DNA of 26,369 nt from Candidatus Altarchaeum sp. (GCA_018260615.1 JAGWDQ010000088.1:18307-44675); one strand, 5' to 3'. Shown: positions 1 through 8,942, numbered from the stretch's first letter. Notes: generated by a model not told the origin, from the sequence alone. A program made the numbers and translations.

Positions 1-18
1 TTTAAAAATTTAACTATT

Positions 19-102
19 GCGGGGGTTTCCAAGCGGTCAAAGGAGCAAGGCTTAGGACCTTGTGTGCGCAAGCCTTCATGGGTTCGAATCCCATCTCCCG
101 CA
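19..102 (+). tRNA. tRNA-Leu (anticodon UAG)
   Basis: Acceptor stem GCGGGGG/CTCCCGC with discriminator A, anticodon arm CAAGG-CT-TAG-GA-CCTTG, long variable arm, T arm ATGGG-TTCGAAT-CCCAT. No encoded CCA. Confidence 0.97.
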
Positions 103-127
103 TTTTCAAAATGAAATTTTGAAATAC

Positions 128-247
128 TGAAAATCTGCAAGATTTTCAATCTTACAAAATGTTTGAAACATTTTGTAAATCTCCGAACGAAGTGAGGTGA
201 TTTTAAAATCTCAAAGATTTTAAAATCTCCAAGCGTAAGCGAGGTGA
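128..247. repeat. Cluster of AT-rich hairpins with two copies of a REP-like motif aaatctcc(g/a)a..c..ag(t/c)gaggtga
   Basis: Perfect stems at 128-148, 154-176 (11 bp) and 201-225 (11 bp). Motif copies at 177-200 (aaatctccgaacgaagtgaggtga) and 223-247 (aaatctccaagcgtaagcgaggtga). Lies between the 3' ends of two convergent tRNAs. Confidence 0.75.
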
Positions 248-264
248 TAAATAAAGAGAAAATT

Positions 265-337
265 TGGGCTCGCCCGGATTCGGACCGGGGATATTCTGCA
301 CGTCAAGCAGACATCATAACCACTAGATCACGAGCCC
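265..337 (-). tRNA. tRNA-Val (anticodon GAC)
   Basis: Reverse complement GGGCTCG...CGAGCCC-A, anticodon arm TCTGC-TT-GAC-GT-GCAGA, T arm CCCGG-TCCGAAT-CCGGG (C at position 55). Confidence 0.95.
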
Positions 338-360
338 ATAAAAGTTAAAATTTAAAATGG

Positions 361-393
361 TTAAGGTATAATTAATTAAGGTATAATTAATTA
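361..393. repeat. 15-bp tandem duplication (ttaaggtataattaa x2) in the divergent tRNA-Val/aroA' promoter region
   Basis: Read directly: 361-375 and 376-390 are identical, followed by tta. Confidence 0.7.
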
Positions 394-458
394 CACAAAG
401 ATATAAAAATTTTAAATAATTTTAAATAAATTTCAAAATATACTAAATTTAAGCCAAA

Positions 459-1217
459 ATGGAGATGGGAAAAAAGGTACGACTGGAAAGAATTATGGAC
501 AGACATACAAAGAAAATGGTAATTGTGCCGATGGATCACGGCGTAAGTTCGGGACCACTAAAAGGTATTGTAAACATTGCAGAAACAATAGACAAGGTTG
601 CAGAAGGAGGTGCAAATGCCGTCTTACTTCATAAAGGCATCGTGAAAAACGGACACAGGGGCTACGGCAAAGATATTGGTCTGATAATCCACTTATCCGG
701 AGGAACTCCTTATAATGATCCGACAAGTAAAATTTTGGTTTGCTCAGTTAAGGAAGCAATTGCACTGGGAGCGGACGCGGTTTCAATCCATGTAAATATT
801 GGCGGCGGGAATGAGAGCGAAATGTTAAGCGATTTGGGAAAAATTTCTGCCGAATGTGAAGAATACGGCATGCCTTTATTAGCAATGATGTATGCAAGAG
901 GAAAAAATATAACTGATGAATATGATGTCAAATTTATAAAACATGCCGCGAGAATCGGAGCGGAATTGGGAGCGGATATAATAAAAACAAATTATACCGG
1001 AAGCAAGGAAACATTTAAAGATGTTATTGGGGGTTGTCCGATTCCCGTTGTTGTTGCAGGAGGTCCGAAATTAGACAGTGAAGAGAAATTTTTAAATATG
1101 ATTATAGATGCAATTGACTGCGGGGCAGCGGGAGTTGCGATTGGCAGAAATATATTTCAGGCGGAGGATATAGCAGAAGCAACGAGGAAGATATGTAAGG
1201 TCGTGAATGGAAAATAA
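459..1217 (+). CDS. aroA': 2-amino-3,7-dideoxy-D-threo-hept-6-ulosonate synthase (DhnA-type class I aldolase family)
   Basis: Motifs [38 protein letters not shown], Schiff-base DIIKT, AGGPK and GRNIFQ, typical of the MJ0400 subfamily. Confidence 0.88.
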   Translation: MEMGKKVRLERIMDRHTKKMVIVPMDHGVSSGPLKGIVNIAETIDKVAEGGANAVLLHKGIVKNGHRGYGKDIGLIIHLSGGTPYNDPTSKILVCSVKEAIALGADAVSIHVNIGGGNESEMLSDLGKISAECEEYGMPLLAMMYARGKNITDEYDVKFIKHAARIGAELGADIIKTNYTGSKETFKDVIGGCPIPVVVAGGPKLDSEEKFLNMIIDAIDCGAAGVAIGRNIFQAEDIAEATRKICKVVNGK

Positions 1218-1323
1218 ATTTTGCTTTTGGCATTTTCTTTCACTACTTTCACTGTTTATTTTATTTTGTAATGTTAATTTAATTATCAAATACATTGATA
1301 AAAAATTAAATTTTTAAATTTTT

Positions 1324-1394
1324 AGCCCTATAGGATAGCGGCAGTCCGGCGGGCTTTGGACCCGTGTGCGCAGGTTCGAATCCTGCTAGGGCTA
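1324..1394 (+). tRNA. tRNA-Gln (anticodon UUG)
   Basis: Acceptor stem AGCCCTA/TAGGGCT-A, anticodon arm GCGGG-CT-TTG-GA-CCCGT, T arm GCAGG-TTCGAAT-CCTGC. Confidence 0.95.
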
Positions 1395-1529
1395 TTCTAC
1401 ACTTTTTCTTGTATATTGCGTTATATTGTTAAAGTTATTGGATTATTTAAAATCCAAATCCTTATTGCTTATTGATTTTTAAAAATCAATATATTATCAC
1501 CAAATCCAAATTTATAATGCAAATTTACA

Positions 1530-2891
1530 ATGGAAAAAGAAATACTATTACAAAATCCCTGGTGGAAGGATAAGAATGCCATAGAGAACGATGAGAAATT
1601 AAAAATTGCATTAAGCAAAAAACCACCGTTCGGTTATGATTGCCAATTGGAGAATTCCATAATTTTAGGTCCAAGACAGGTCGGTAAGACAACTTTTTTA
1701 AAATTTATGATACACAACCTCATCAAAAAAAATTTCAATCCGAGAAATCTGATTTATTTTTCCTGCGAACCGTTAAAGAATACAGGTGATTTGATTGAAT
1801 TGTTCAGGACGATAGACCAGATGGTAACGGGCAAAGCGTATATTTTTCTTGATGAAATAACTTATGTTGATAACTGGGAAAGAACCATCAAATACTTTTT
1901 AGAAACGGACTTGCATAAGGATAAAACAATCATAACTACGGGAAGCAATGCAATGATATTAAAACATGGCAGTGAGCGACTTCCGGGAAGAGATATTGCA
2001 ACAAAGATATTTTCTCCGTTATCTTTTAAGGAATTTACAGATACATTTTACAGGAAATTTGAAATTAAATTAAGCGATATGAGTATTGAGGAGATATATA
2101 AAATTTCTCTTGAATTTATCCCTTACCTTGATGATTTTAATAAATTTTTACGCCTTTATCTGCAGTGCGGCGGTTATCTTAAGGTAATTTATGAATTTTT
2201 GGAAAATGGCTTTATATCCGAAGAGACATACGAAATTTATGTTAAATGGATTTTAGGGGATTTAAGCAAACTTGGAAAAAATGAGAATATATTCAGGAGT
2301 ATAATTAATGGAGTAATAAGGATGTATTCTTCAAGTTATTCTTTAAACGCATTGGCAAAAGAAATGGAAATTCCCGCACATTCTACATTATCTGACTATT
2401 TGGGTGTTCTTGAAGAACTTATGTTAATTAACAATCTTTACTTTTTTGATGTTAACAAAAAAGTTCCTGTCTTAAGAAAGCAAAGAAAGACATATTTTAC
2501 CGACCCTTTTCTGTATAGTGTTTTTAGAGGATATGTTCATGGGAAGTATGAAAATTATGCGATTGACGATGAAGATAAAATTATTGAAGGAATTGTTTTG
2601 GAGCATTTGGCAAGGACAGACAAATATAAAAATTACAATGGATTTATCGGATATTACTCTAAAGATAAGGAAACCGACTTTGTATTTTGTAAGGATAAGA
2701 AAACAGGGATTGAAGTTAAATGGAGAAATAAAGTTGATTTTAATGATTTCAATAACGGAAATTTATTTGATGAGAAAATTTTGCTCTCAAAAACAACATT
2801 TAAGATAGATAAAAATGAAAAAACATTGATAGTTCCTTTAAGTATATTTTTGGTGCTGATGGGAGGTATGGAATATAAATTTAGAGTATAA
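1530..2891 (+). CDS. ATP-binding protein, AAA_14 + DUF4143 family, with C-terminal PD-(D/E)xK-like tail
   Basis: QNPWW N-terminus, Walker A GPRQVGKTT, Walker B IFLDEI, TGS and LPGR motifs, YFTDPFL, C-terminal ETDFV...GIEVKW. Confidence 0.85.
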   Translation: MEKEILLQNPWWKDKNAIENDEKLKIALSKKPPFGYDCQLENSIILGPRQVGKTTFLKFMIHNLIKKNFNPRNLIYFSCEPLKNTGDLIELFRTIDQMVTGKAYIFLDEITYVDNWERTIKYFLETDLHKDKTIITTGSNAMILKHGSERLPGRDIATKIFSPLSFKEFTDTFYRKFEIKLSDMSIEEIYKISLEFIPYLDDFNKFLRLYLQCGGYLKVIYEFLENGFISEETYEIYVKWILGDLSKLGKNENIFRSIINGVIRMYSSSYSLNALAKEMEIPAHSTLSDYLGVLEELMLINNLYFFDVNKKVPVLRKQRKTYFTDPFLYSVFRGYVHGKYENYAIDDEDKIIEGIVLEHLARTDKYKNYNGFIGYYSKDKETDFVFCKDKKTGIEVKWRNKVDFNDFNNGNLFDEKILLSKTTFKIDKNEKTLIVPLSIFLVLMGGMEYKFRV

Positions 2892-3235
2892 TCTTTTAAA
2901 TTTTTCGCTTATGTTGATTTTTGTTGTTGATGGAAATTTTACGTTCTACAAGTTGTAAGAGAATTACCAAAAATAAATCTTCGCTATTTATTTTTAAAAT
3001 CACAAGGATTTGAAAATGTATGATTTACGAGTTATATGAGTAAAGACACGAAGAGGGTGGGTGGAACGAAGGGGATAGAACAAAGTGAGCGTATTATAAT
3101 GATATGCCCCAAGGTAAATTTTTACAATTCAGAAAGGAAATAAGTAAATGCACACCAAAGGGAGCATATAAGCAGGGTTGCCTGCGAAAGTAGGTTAAAA
3201 TTAAAAGATTAACCAAGTTTTGCGTTTTACTATTT

Positions 3236-3326
3236 TCACCTCACTATACACTCGCTTCGTTCGTGTATTTTCAGGGCAAGCCCAAAAATCGTTCGGATAT
3301 TTTCAAAACTCTATGCTTTGAAAATA
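3236..3326 (-). repeat. REP-like motif copy, split by a 44-nt insert and preceded by a hairpin
   Basis: Minus strand reads aaatatccgaac (3302-3291), 44 nt, then tagtgaggtga (3246-3236). A 10-bp stem tattttcaaa/tttgaaaata spans 3298-3326. Confidence 0.65.
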
Positions 3327-3632
3327 ATCTTAAATTTTGCCATAGATTCATCTTGATAAAATATCAAAAAATTGATTTTATGGGAGCAAATTTTTCAAAA
3401 CTCAAAACTTCAGAAGATTAATTTATTTAAAAGATTAATTTATTTAAAAGTATTTAAAAACAATTATTAATTTGCCTTTAAAAATTTAGCACATTGTATA
3501 AATCATAGTTTAAAAACTCAAAAAATACAATGAAAAATAAAATTTAATTTGAAAGTTTGGAGAATATAAGTTATTATATTCAGCCAAATAATTAACACAA
3601 ATAATTAACAAAATAAGTCAAAGAGAAAAAAC

Positions 3633-4493
3633 ATGGATCTATTTGATATATCCAATCAAAATTCAGAGAATCTAAAAATCGCTTATGAACAGATGGAAAA
3701 AAGGTGGAGTAGTAACAAGAGTTTACATGTGCTAAGCGACTTCGCCACATTTGTGAAAGATAACTGGATGATTTCAATAAATATGCGGCAACATGTATTA
3801 AATGGCTTTTTAATTGCTGGAAAATATAAAAACATATATGAAGTAAAAAAGGAGCAGAGAGAAGAAATAAGAAAAGTGAGGGCATTAGAAATACCTGAAG
3901 AACAAGCTGTAAAGGAGCATCTGAAGGTTTATTTCAAATCAAGAGTGACTTTTGACCGCACCTTTAAAGATGGTGAAAAATTCAAGTACGGCGCATTAAA
4001 TATTGGAGGAATGGGTCCAAAAAAATATGGGGAATATTGTGTTATATTTGAACGAAAACATTCAGAAAAATACTCATCTTTAGCATTTATTAAAGAAGAT
4101 AGCATTAACTATGTTGATGACTGTAAAGTCAATATTGAAAAATTGAAACAAGACCTCTCAAATGAGGAAGGTGTGCATTTTTTGGTAACTCTTAAACATG
4201 AAGGAGAGTTGGGGAAAATTCCTACCAATGAGTGGGCAAGTATTATTTGTTCTGATGAATGTTATGTTGAGGCAGTAACAAAAGATGATGTGGTAAATGA
4301 CCCTATAGAGGGTGTAAGGATGAGCAAAAAGGATTACCTATACTACTATGGTGATTTGTTATTTAAAGATTACGTTTCTGATGCTGATATGTCTGATTTT
4401 GAAAGATGTCAATTAGGGGCTTTTATGAATATGCAGGAGATTTTAACTAAACGAAAAATTAAACTGGATGTGATTGATGAAAATGAAAACTAA
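3633..4493 (+). CDS. Hypothetical protein, DUF3626-like
   Basis: Ordered motifs ISINM, GKYKNIYE, FKYGALN, KYGEYCVIF and YVEA resemble my recollection of DUF3626 (xTxNFH, GxYxSQFE, RPKYGALN, RFGSxxL, YIEAQ). No HMM search was run. Confidence 0.5.
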   Translation: MDLFDISNQNSENLKIAYEQMEKRWSSNKSLHVLSDFATFVKDNWMISINMRQHVLNGFLIAGKYKNIYEVKKEQREEIRKVRALEIPEEQAVKEHLKVYFKSRVTFDRTFKDGEKFKYGALNIGGMGPKKYGEYCVIFERKHSEKYSSLAFIKEDSINYVDDCKVNIEKLKQDLSNEEGVHFLVTLKHEGELGKIPTNEWASIICSDECYVEAVTKDDVVNDPIEGVRMSKKDYLYYYGDLLFKDYVSDADMSDFERCQLGAFMNMQEILTKRKIKLDVIDENEN

Positions 4494-5106
4494 AATTATG
4501 GCTATCGCTCCAAGCGATGGATGGGCATTTATTGTAAAGGAAGACGAGATATTTTTATTGCGACCACCTTATATCTCTTCAAATCAAATTGAAGTATCAG
4601 AAAAGGATGTAGAGAATGCTATTCACTTACACGGGTTTGAGGAGTGTGACACTATTTGTGACAGCATAAGCGAAGTCGTTAAATTTCTCAAAGAAAAGTA
4701 TGTTGAATCAATGAAAAAACAGAGTGCTGGTCTGCCGTCTTCAGAAGAATTACGCGAACTATTAAAATATGCTAATGATGAGGTGTTGCTACAATATTTG
4801 AAAAAAGCTGATGAAGAATTAATTCCTGATGGAAAGCTCAATGCTGCCAAATCTATTGCTTTAGACATAATGAAAATAGAAAAAGTAAGAACAAACCGTG
4901 AAATGTATGATCTTGCAGTAAATATCCTTCAAAAATGCAAGCATGAAGAGGAAAAAACAAAAGAATTAGCAATTGGAATATCAAAATCAAAAGAATCTTT
5001 GAGGGATAGATTCACTTATGCGGTGAATAAATATGCAGAAGAACCTATAAATCACATCATAAACTCAATTTATAAAAAAGGACAATTATTCCCCCTAGGA
5101 TATTAA
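4483..5106 (+). CDS. Hypothetical protein (mainly helical C-terminal half)
   Basis: Track ORF 4474..5106 (210 aa) overlapping the upstream stop. ATG at 4477 or 4483 is the likely start. No recognised family. Confidence 0.75.
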   Translation: MKTKIMAIAPSDGWAFIVKEDEIFLLRPPYISSNQIEVSEKDVENAIHLHGFEECDTICDSISEVVKFLKEKYVESMKKQSAGLPSSEELRELLKYANDEVLLQYLKKADEELIPDGKLNAAKSIALDIMKIEKVRTNREMYDLAVNILQKCKHEEEKTKELAIGISKSKESLRDRFTYAVNKYAEEPINHIINSIYKKGQLFPLGY

Positions 5107-5115
5107 AATATAATT

Positions 5116-6933
5116 ATGGAAACAATAACTTTTTATTCATATAAAGGCGGCGTCGGTCGTACATTGGCATTGGCAAATGTAGCCATTTATCTTTCCAGAT
5201 TTGGAAAGGATGTTTGTATTATGGACTTTGATTTAGAGGCGCCAGGTCTTCATTATAAATTTCCAAAATTTTTAAAAACAACTGATATTAAAGCAGGTTT
5301 GGTGGATTGTATATATAAATTTTCCCATGATAAAACCATTCCTGAATCACTAAATAAATTTTCATTGGAAGTTATTCCTCGCTCAAAATCACAGGGTAAA
5401 ATCCAATTAATTCCTGCGGGCAATGTAATTTCCTCACATTACTGGAAAAGATTGGCGTTAATAGATTGGCATAGTTTGTTTTATGAAGAGCATAGTGAAG
5501 GTGTTCCTTTCTTTATTGAACTAAAGGAAAGAATAGAAAAAGAATTTAAGCCGGATTTTCTGCTGATAGATTCCAGAACAGGTGTAACAGAAATGGGGGG
5601 CTTATGCACATCTCTTTTACCTGATAAAGTAGTATTTTTAATTACTAACAACAGAGAAAATATTGAAGGAGCCCGGCAAATACTCCGCGGCATCGGGAAA
5701 GTTGAACGGCTCCCGGGGCAAAAGCCGATAGAAGTGACATTTGCACTCACTCGTATCCCTTTTCCCTCGGATGATGACGAGAACGAAAGCGAAAAAGAAA
5801 GAGAAAAGGAAATTGTAAAAAATATGCAAGATTTTTTAAACGAACCTGTGGGAGATTTAGGAGGTCAATTAGATGTTCGGGATATTTGTGTGCTTCACTC
5901 CAATAGGGACCTGGAACTTTCCGAATCCGTTAGAATGGATCAAGAGGGAGTTACCGAAGAAACACCTTTATTGCATGATTATTTAAAACTTTTTTCAAAA
6001 ATCATTCCAGAAGAAATCATTACGCCAAAGATAGATGCCCTCCTGGATGGAATTACTGCAAACATATTAAATGATCCGGACAAAACACAAAAGGAATTAG
6101 AAGATCTTGTGAGGGTATATCCACATCACAGAACTCTTGAAAAACTTATAAACTTTTATATTCTTCGTAATGAAGGAAGGGAAAAAATATTAAATGCATT
6201 TCATAAATTGTGGAAGATATTTGAAATTGAAGATCCAGATATGTTATCAAAATATGTTTCGCTTTTTATGAAAAGGGATGTTTATCCTAGGAGTATAGAA
6301 GAACCAAATTTTGAGTTAGAAATAATAAAAAAATATCTTGAATTGAACCCCAAAAATAGAGACAAAATTGAGATGAAGTTAGCTGATGCTTATGAGGAAT
6401 ATGGTGATGCTAAAACAGCTTTAAAACATTATCTTCAACTTCTTGAGAGAATTAAAGAAAAAAACAAAGTCATTAATAAAATATTGAATATTTACCTATG
6501 CGAAGAACTTTATGAAGATGCTTTGAAGTTAATAACAAAATATCATGATATTATTGATAGCAATGCATCCCTAATATTAAAAAAAGTTGAAATTTTATTC
6601 AAAGCAGGCAATATATTGGAGGTGGGAAAAATACTTGAAAATGAAACTATAAAAAGTAATCTTTTTGATGAAGATCCTCGTTTGTATATCGGCGTGATGA
6701 ATAAATTAAGAAAATCAGACGAAGTGGATAAGAAACTAAATGAGATGGTGGCGAACGCTTTAAAGAAAGATTCACTTGAAACATTATACAGAGTGGGAAC
6801 AATTTTTTATAGTTTGAATAGAGCGGACGAGTTTAAAAATAAAATATCCGGATATCATAAAGCCGATGAAATACTTTATAAACTCAAACTCAACACAGAA
6901 TACAGGGAAAGACGATTATTCAATCCCTTTTAG
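5116..6933 (+). CDS. ParA/MinD-like ATPase of the KGGVGR-motif variant, with C-terminal TPR-like helical region
   Basis: TFYSYKGGVGRTLALANVA, DFDLEAPGLH and LIDSRTG motifs. C-terminal half has TPR-like helices (LADAYEEYGDAKTALKHY). Confidence 0.85.
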   Translation: METITFYSYKGGVGRTLALANVAIYLSRFGKDVCIMDFDLEAPGLHYKFPKFLKTTDIKAGLVDCIYKFSHDKTIPESLNKFSLEVIPRSKSQGKIQLIPAGNVISSHYWKRLALIDWHSLFYEEHSEGVPFFIELKERIEKEFKPDFLLIDSRTGVTEMGGLCTSLLPDKVVFLITNNRENIEGARQILRGIGKVERLPGQKPIEVTFALTRIPFPSDDDENESEKEREKEIVKNMQDFLNEPVGDLGGQLDVRDICVLHSNRDLELSESVRMDQEGVTEETPLLHDYLKLFSKIIPEEIITPKIDALLDGITANILNDPDKTQKELEDLVRVYPHHRTLEKLINFYILRNEGREKILNAFHKLWKIFEIEDPDMLSKYVSLFMKRDVYPRSIEEPNFELEIIKKYLELNPKNRDKIEMKLADAYEEYGDAKTALKHYLQLLERIKEKNKVINKILNIYLCEELYEDALKLITKYHDIIDSNASLILKKVEILFKAGNILEVGKILENETIKSNLFDEDPRLYIGVMNKLRKSDEVDKKLNEMVANALKKDSLETLYRVGTIFYSLNRADEFKNKISGYHKADEILYKLKLNTEYRERRLFNPF

Positions 6934-7042
6934 AAGATATTGATGAAGTAGTGTAAAATGCAACAAAGTAAAGGATGAAAACAGAAGGAAAGACAATAAT
7001 TGGCAATTATCAAAAATTTTTCCAGAACACAATATAAGAATT

Positions 7043-8173
7043 TTAAATTTTAAACATAAATTTCTCAATCAATTCACCCGCCCTTTCCCTTCTCTCCTGA
7101 TGAGCCCTTAAATATCCGTTCAGTTTATCCGTCAAAATTTCCTTTAATTCCCCCGTAAGCAACGCCCCGCTTCTGTAATCCTCATAAATTTTATGCAATT
7201 TCTCATCATCTTCTTCAAAAAACACCAACCACTGATAAGAAACATCAATATCCGGATTTCCGCCTTTTTTGCGATGTTCTTCAATCGTTGCCTGTCCTCC
7301 TGAAAATGCGTATTTCATAATTTTCTTCCTTACTGTCTTTTCATTGTCTGTTGTAAAAATTGCCGTCTGTTCTTCCGAAGACGACATCTTTCCCTGTTCT
7401 TCCATTCCTTTAAGCCCGGGCAAAAATATGCTGTGAATGACAGCCGGCTTGTAAAAATTTAACTTCGGCAGAACATCCCTTGCTAAACGAAAATGCGGGT
7501 CCTGGTCAATTGCACATGGAATCAGACAGGGAATCTTCCTGTTGTAAATAACAGACGGCAAAAATGCGGGAACCGCCTGCATCGCCGTATAAAAAATTTC
7601 CCCGGTATTATTCTCATCCGTAAATCCGAATGTCGCCTTTGCTGTTGATAAAGTTATTTTTTTCGCAACCTTACACGCCTCTTTATACATTAAATTTGCG
7701 TGCTTCGTGTCAATTAAAAAATGTGTCTTTTCAGGATTGAAACCAACTGCGATGACATCCAGCATGTTGTCATATAAGGCATTTTCCGTATGCTCAAAAC
7801 TCATATTTTCCTTAAACAAAAATTTCTCCTCGTCGGGAAACTGAAACCACAACTCAACATCAAATTTATCCTGCAGCCATTTTGTGAACATCCACGGAAT
7901 TAAATGACCAAGATGAACCTTTCCCGAAGGTGCCCTTCCGGTATAAAGAAAAAATTTATTTCCTTTCTCATACTCATCCAGCAAAAAATTAAGGTCTCTG
8001 TGCGAGAAAAAAATTTTCCTTCTCAAAAAACGATGCAACTCTCCCGTGTGCTTTTTGATTCGGTCTGATAAATTTTCATCAATCTTCTGTGTTCCGAATT
8101 TTTCAGTTAATGCATTATAATCAACATTTCCTTTTACTGTCCAGGGGGTTACTTCAAAATTTTCTTTAGTCAT
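7043..8173 (-). CDS. trpS: Tryptophanyl-tRNA synthetase (archaeal/eukaryotic type)
   Basis: VTPW, YTGRAPS, HLGH (HIGH), IDQDPHFR, KMSSS (KMSKS) and AFSGGQ motifs. Confidence 0.97.
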   Translation of the reverse strand: MTKENFEVTPWTVKGNVDYNALTEKFGTQKIDENLSDRIKKHTGELHRFLRRKIFFSHRDLNFLLDEYEKGNKFFLYTGRAPSGKVHLGHLIPWMFTKWLQDKFDVELWFQFPDEEKFLFKENMSFEHTENALYDNMLDVIAVGFNPEKTHFLIDTKHANLMYKEACKVAKKITLSTAKATFGFTDENNTGEIFYTAMQAVPAFLPSVIYNRKIPCLIPCAIDQDPHFRLARDVLPKLNFYKPAVIHSIFLPGLKGMEEQGKMSSSEEQTAIFTTDNEKTVRKKIMKYAFSGGQATIEEHRKKGGNPDIDVSYQWLVFFEEDDEKLHKIYEDYRSGALLTGELKEILTDKLNGYLRAHQERRERAGELIEKFMFKI

Positions 8174-8277
8174 TTTAATCGTAAAATTTTCTTAAATTTT
8201 ATAAATTCTTATTAAATTTTTTTAATTATTTAATTGCATTTTAATTAAAAACAAAAAACAAAATTAAAAAATTTAAA

Positions 8278-8802
8278 ATGGCTGAAAAAGAAAACAAAAA
8301 AAATAAGGGCGAAAATAAGGGCGAAATCGTACCTGCCGGACAGGGGTTTGAAAGAATGTTTGGCAATATGCTGAAGGAAATGAATGAATTTGACAGGCCT
8401 TTTGGTTTGGGACACTGGCCAATGCGGAGAATGTTCCCGGAATTTCCCGAGGAGTTCAGGAAATTTGAAATTGCCGAGCCGGCAGTAGATGTTGTTGATA
8501 AAGGAAACAGATTTGAAGTTACAGCAGATATTCCAGGAATTCCAAAGGAAAATTTAGAGGTGAATGTGACAGACAACGAAATTGAAATAAAGGGAAAATT
8601 TGAAGAAAGGAAAAAAGAAGAAGGAAAAAACTATCTAAGAAGAGAAAGAAGGGCGACAAGCGTTTACAGGCGTGTCTCATTGCCTGCAGAGGTAATTTCT
8701 GACAAAGCAAATGCAAAGATAGAGAATGGAATATTAAAAATTTCATTGCCAAAGAAAAAGCCGACAGAGGAACAAAAAGCAAAGAAAATAAAGATAGAAT
8801 AA
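8278..8802 (+). CDS. hsp20: Small heat shock protein (Hsp20/alpha-crystallin)
   Basis: PAVDVVD, ADIPGIPKENLEV, RER...YRRVSLP and AKIENGILKISLPK motifs. Confidence 0.95.
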   Translation: MAEKENKKNKGENKGEIVPAGQGFERMFGNMLKEMNEFDRPFGLGHWPMRRMFPEFPEEFRKFEIAEPAVDVVDKGNRFEVTADIPGIPKENLEVNVTDNEIEIKGKFEERKKEEGKNYLRRERRATSVYRRVSLPAEVISDKANAKIENGILKISLPKKKPTEEQKAKKIKIE

Positions 8803-8819
8803 ATGCAATAGAAAATAAG

Positions 8820-8942
8820 GTGGATGAAGACATTAGAATAAAAAGCTGGAGAAAAGATAGAGTTTTGGCAATAATGAGTGAAACCTCTCTTAAAAAGGAC
8901 TGGCTGAGACCAGAAGAAGATGAAGCGTGGAAGGATTTATAG
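8820..8942 (+). pseudogene. Short ORF or remnant ending ...SETSLKKDWLRPEEDEAWKDL, resembling the C-terminus of small type II antitoxins (DUF2281-like)
   Basis: Hand translation from GTG 8820 (or ATG 8874) to TAG 8940-8942. The W...EEDEAWKDL ending is familiar from short antitoxin genes. Confidence 0.45.

Noticed and set aside
3023-3195. Purine-rich, protein-like stretch in the long intergenic region (possible pseudogene or ncRNA)
   Set aside because: Frames are short or interrupted by stops, and I recognise no family or convincing RNA fold.
3416-3450. Direct repeat agattaatttatttaaa x2
   Set aside because: Simple AT-rich slippage duplication with no evidence of function.
5116-6933. Interpretation as a plasmid or chromosome partition ParA
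   Set aside because: The KGGVGRT variant, long TPR-like tail and absence of a parB neighbour fit the conflict-associated subfamily better.
1395-7042. Integrated virus or plasmid at tRNA-Gln
   Set aside because: No integrase, no duplicated tRNA 3' end and no virion or replication genes were seen.
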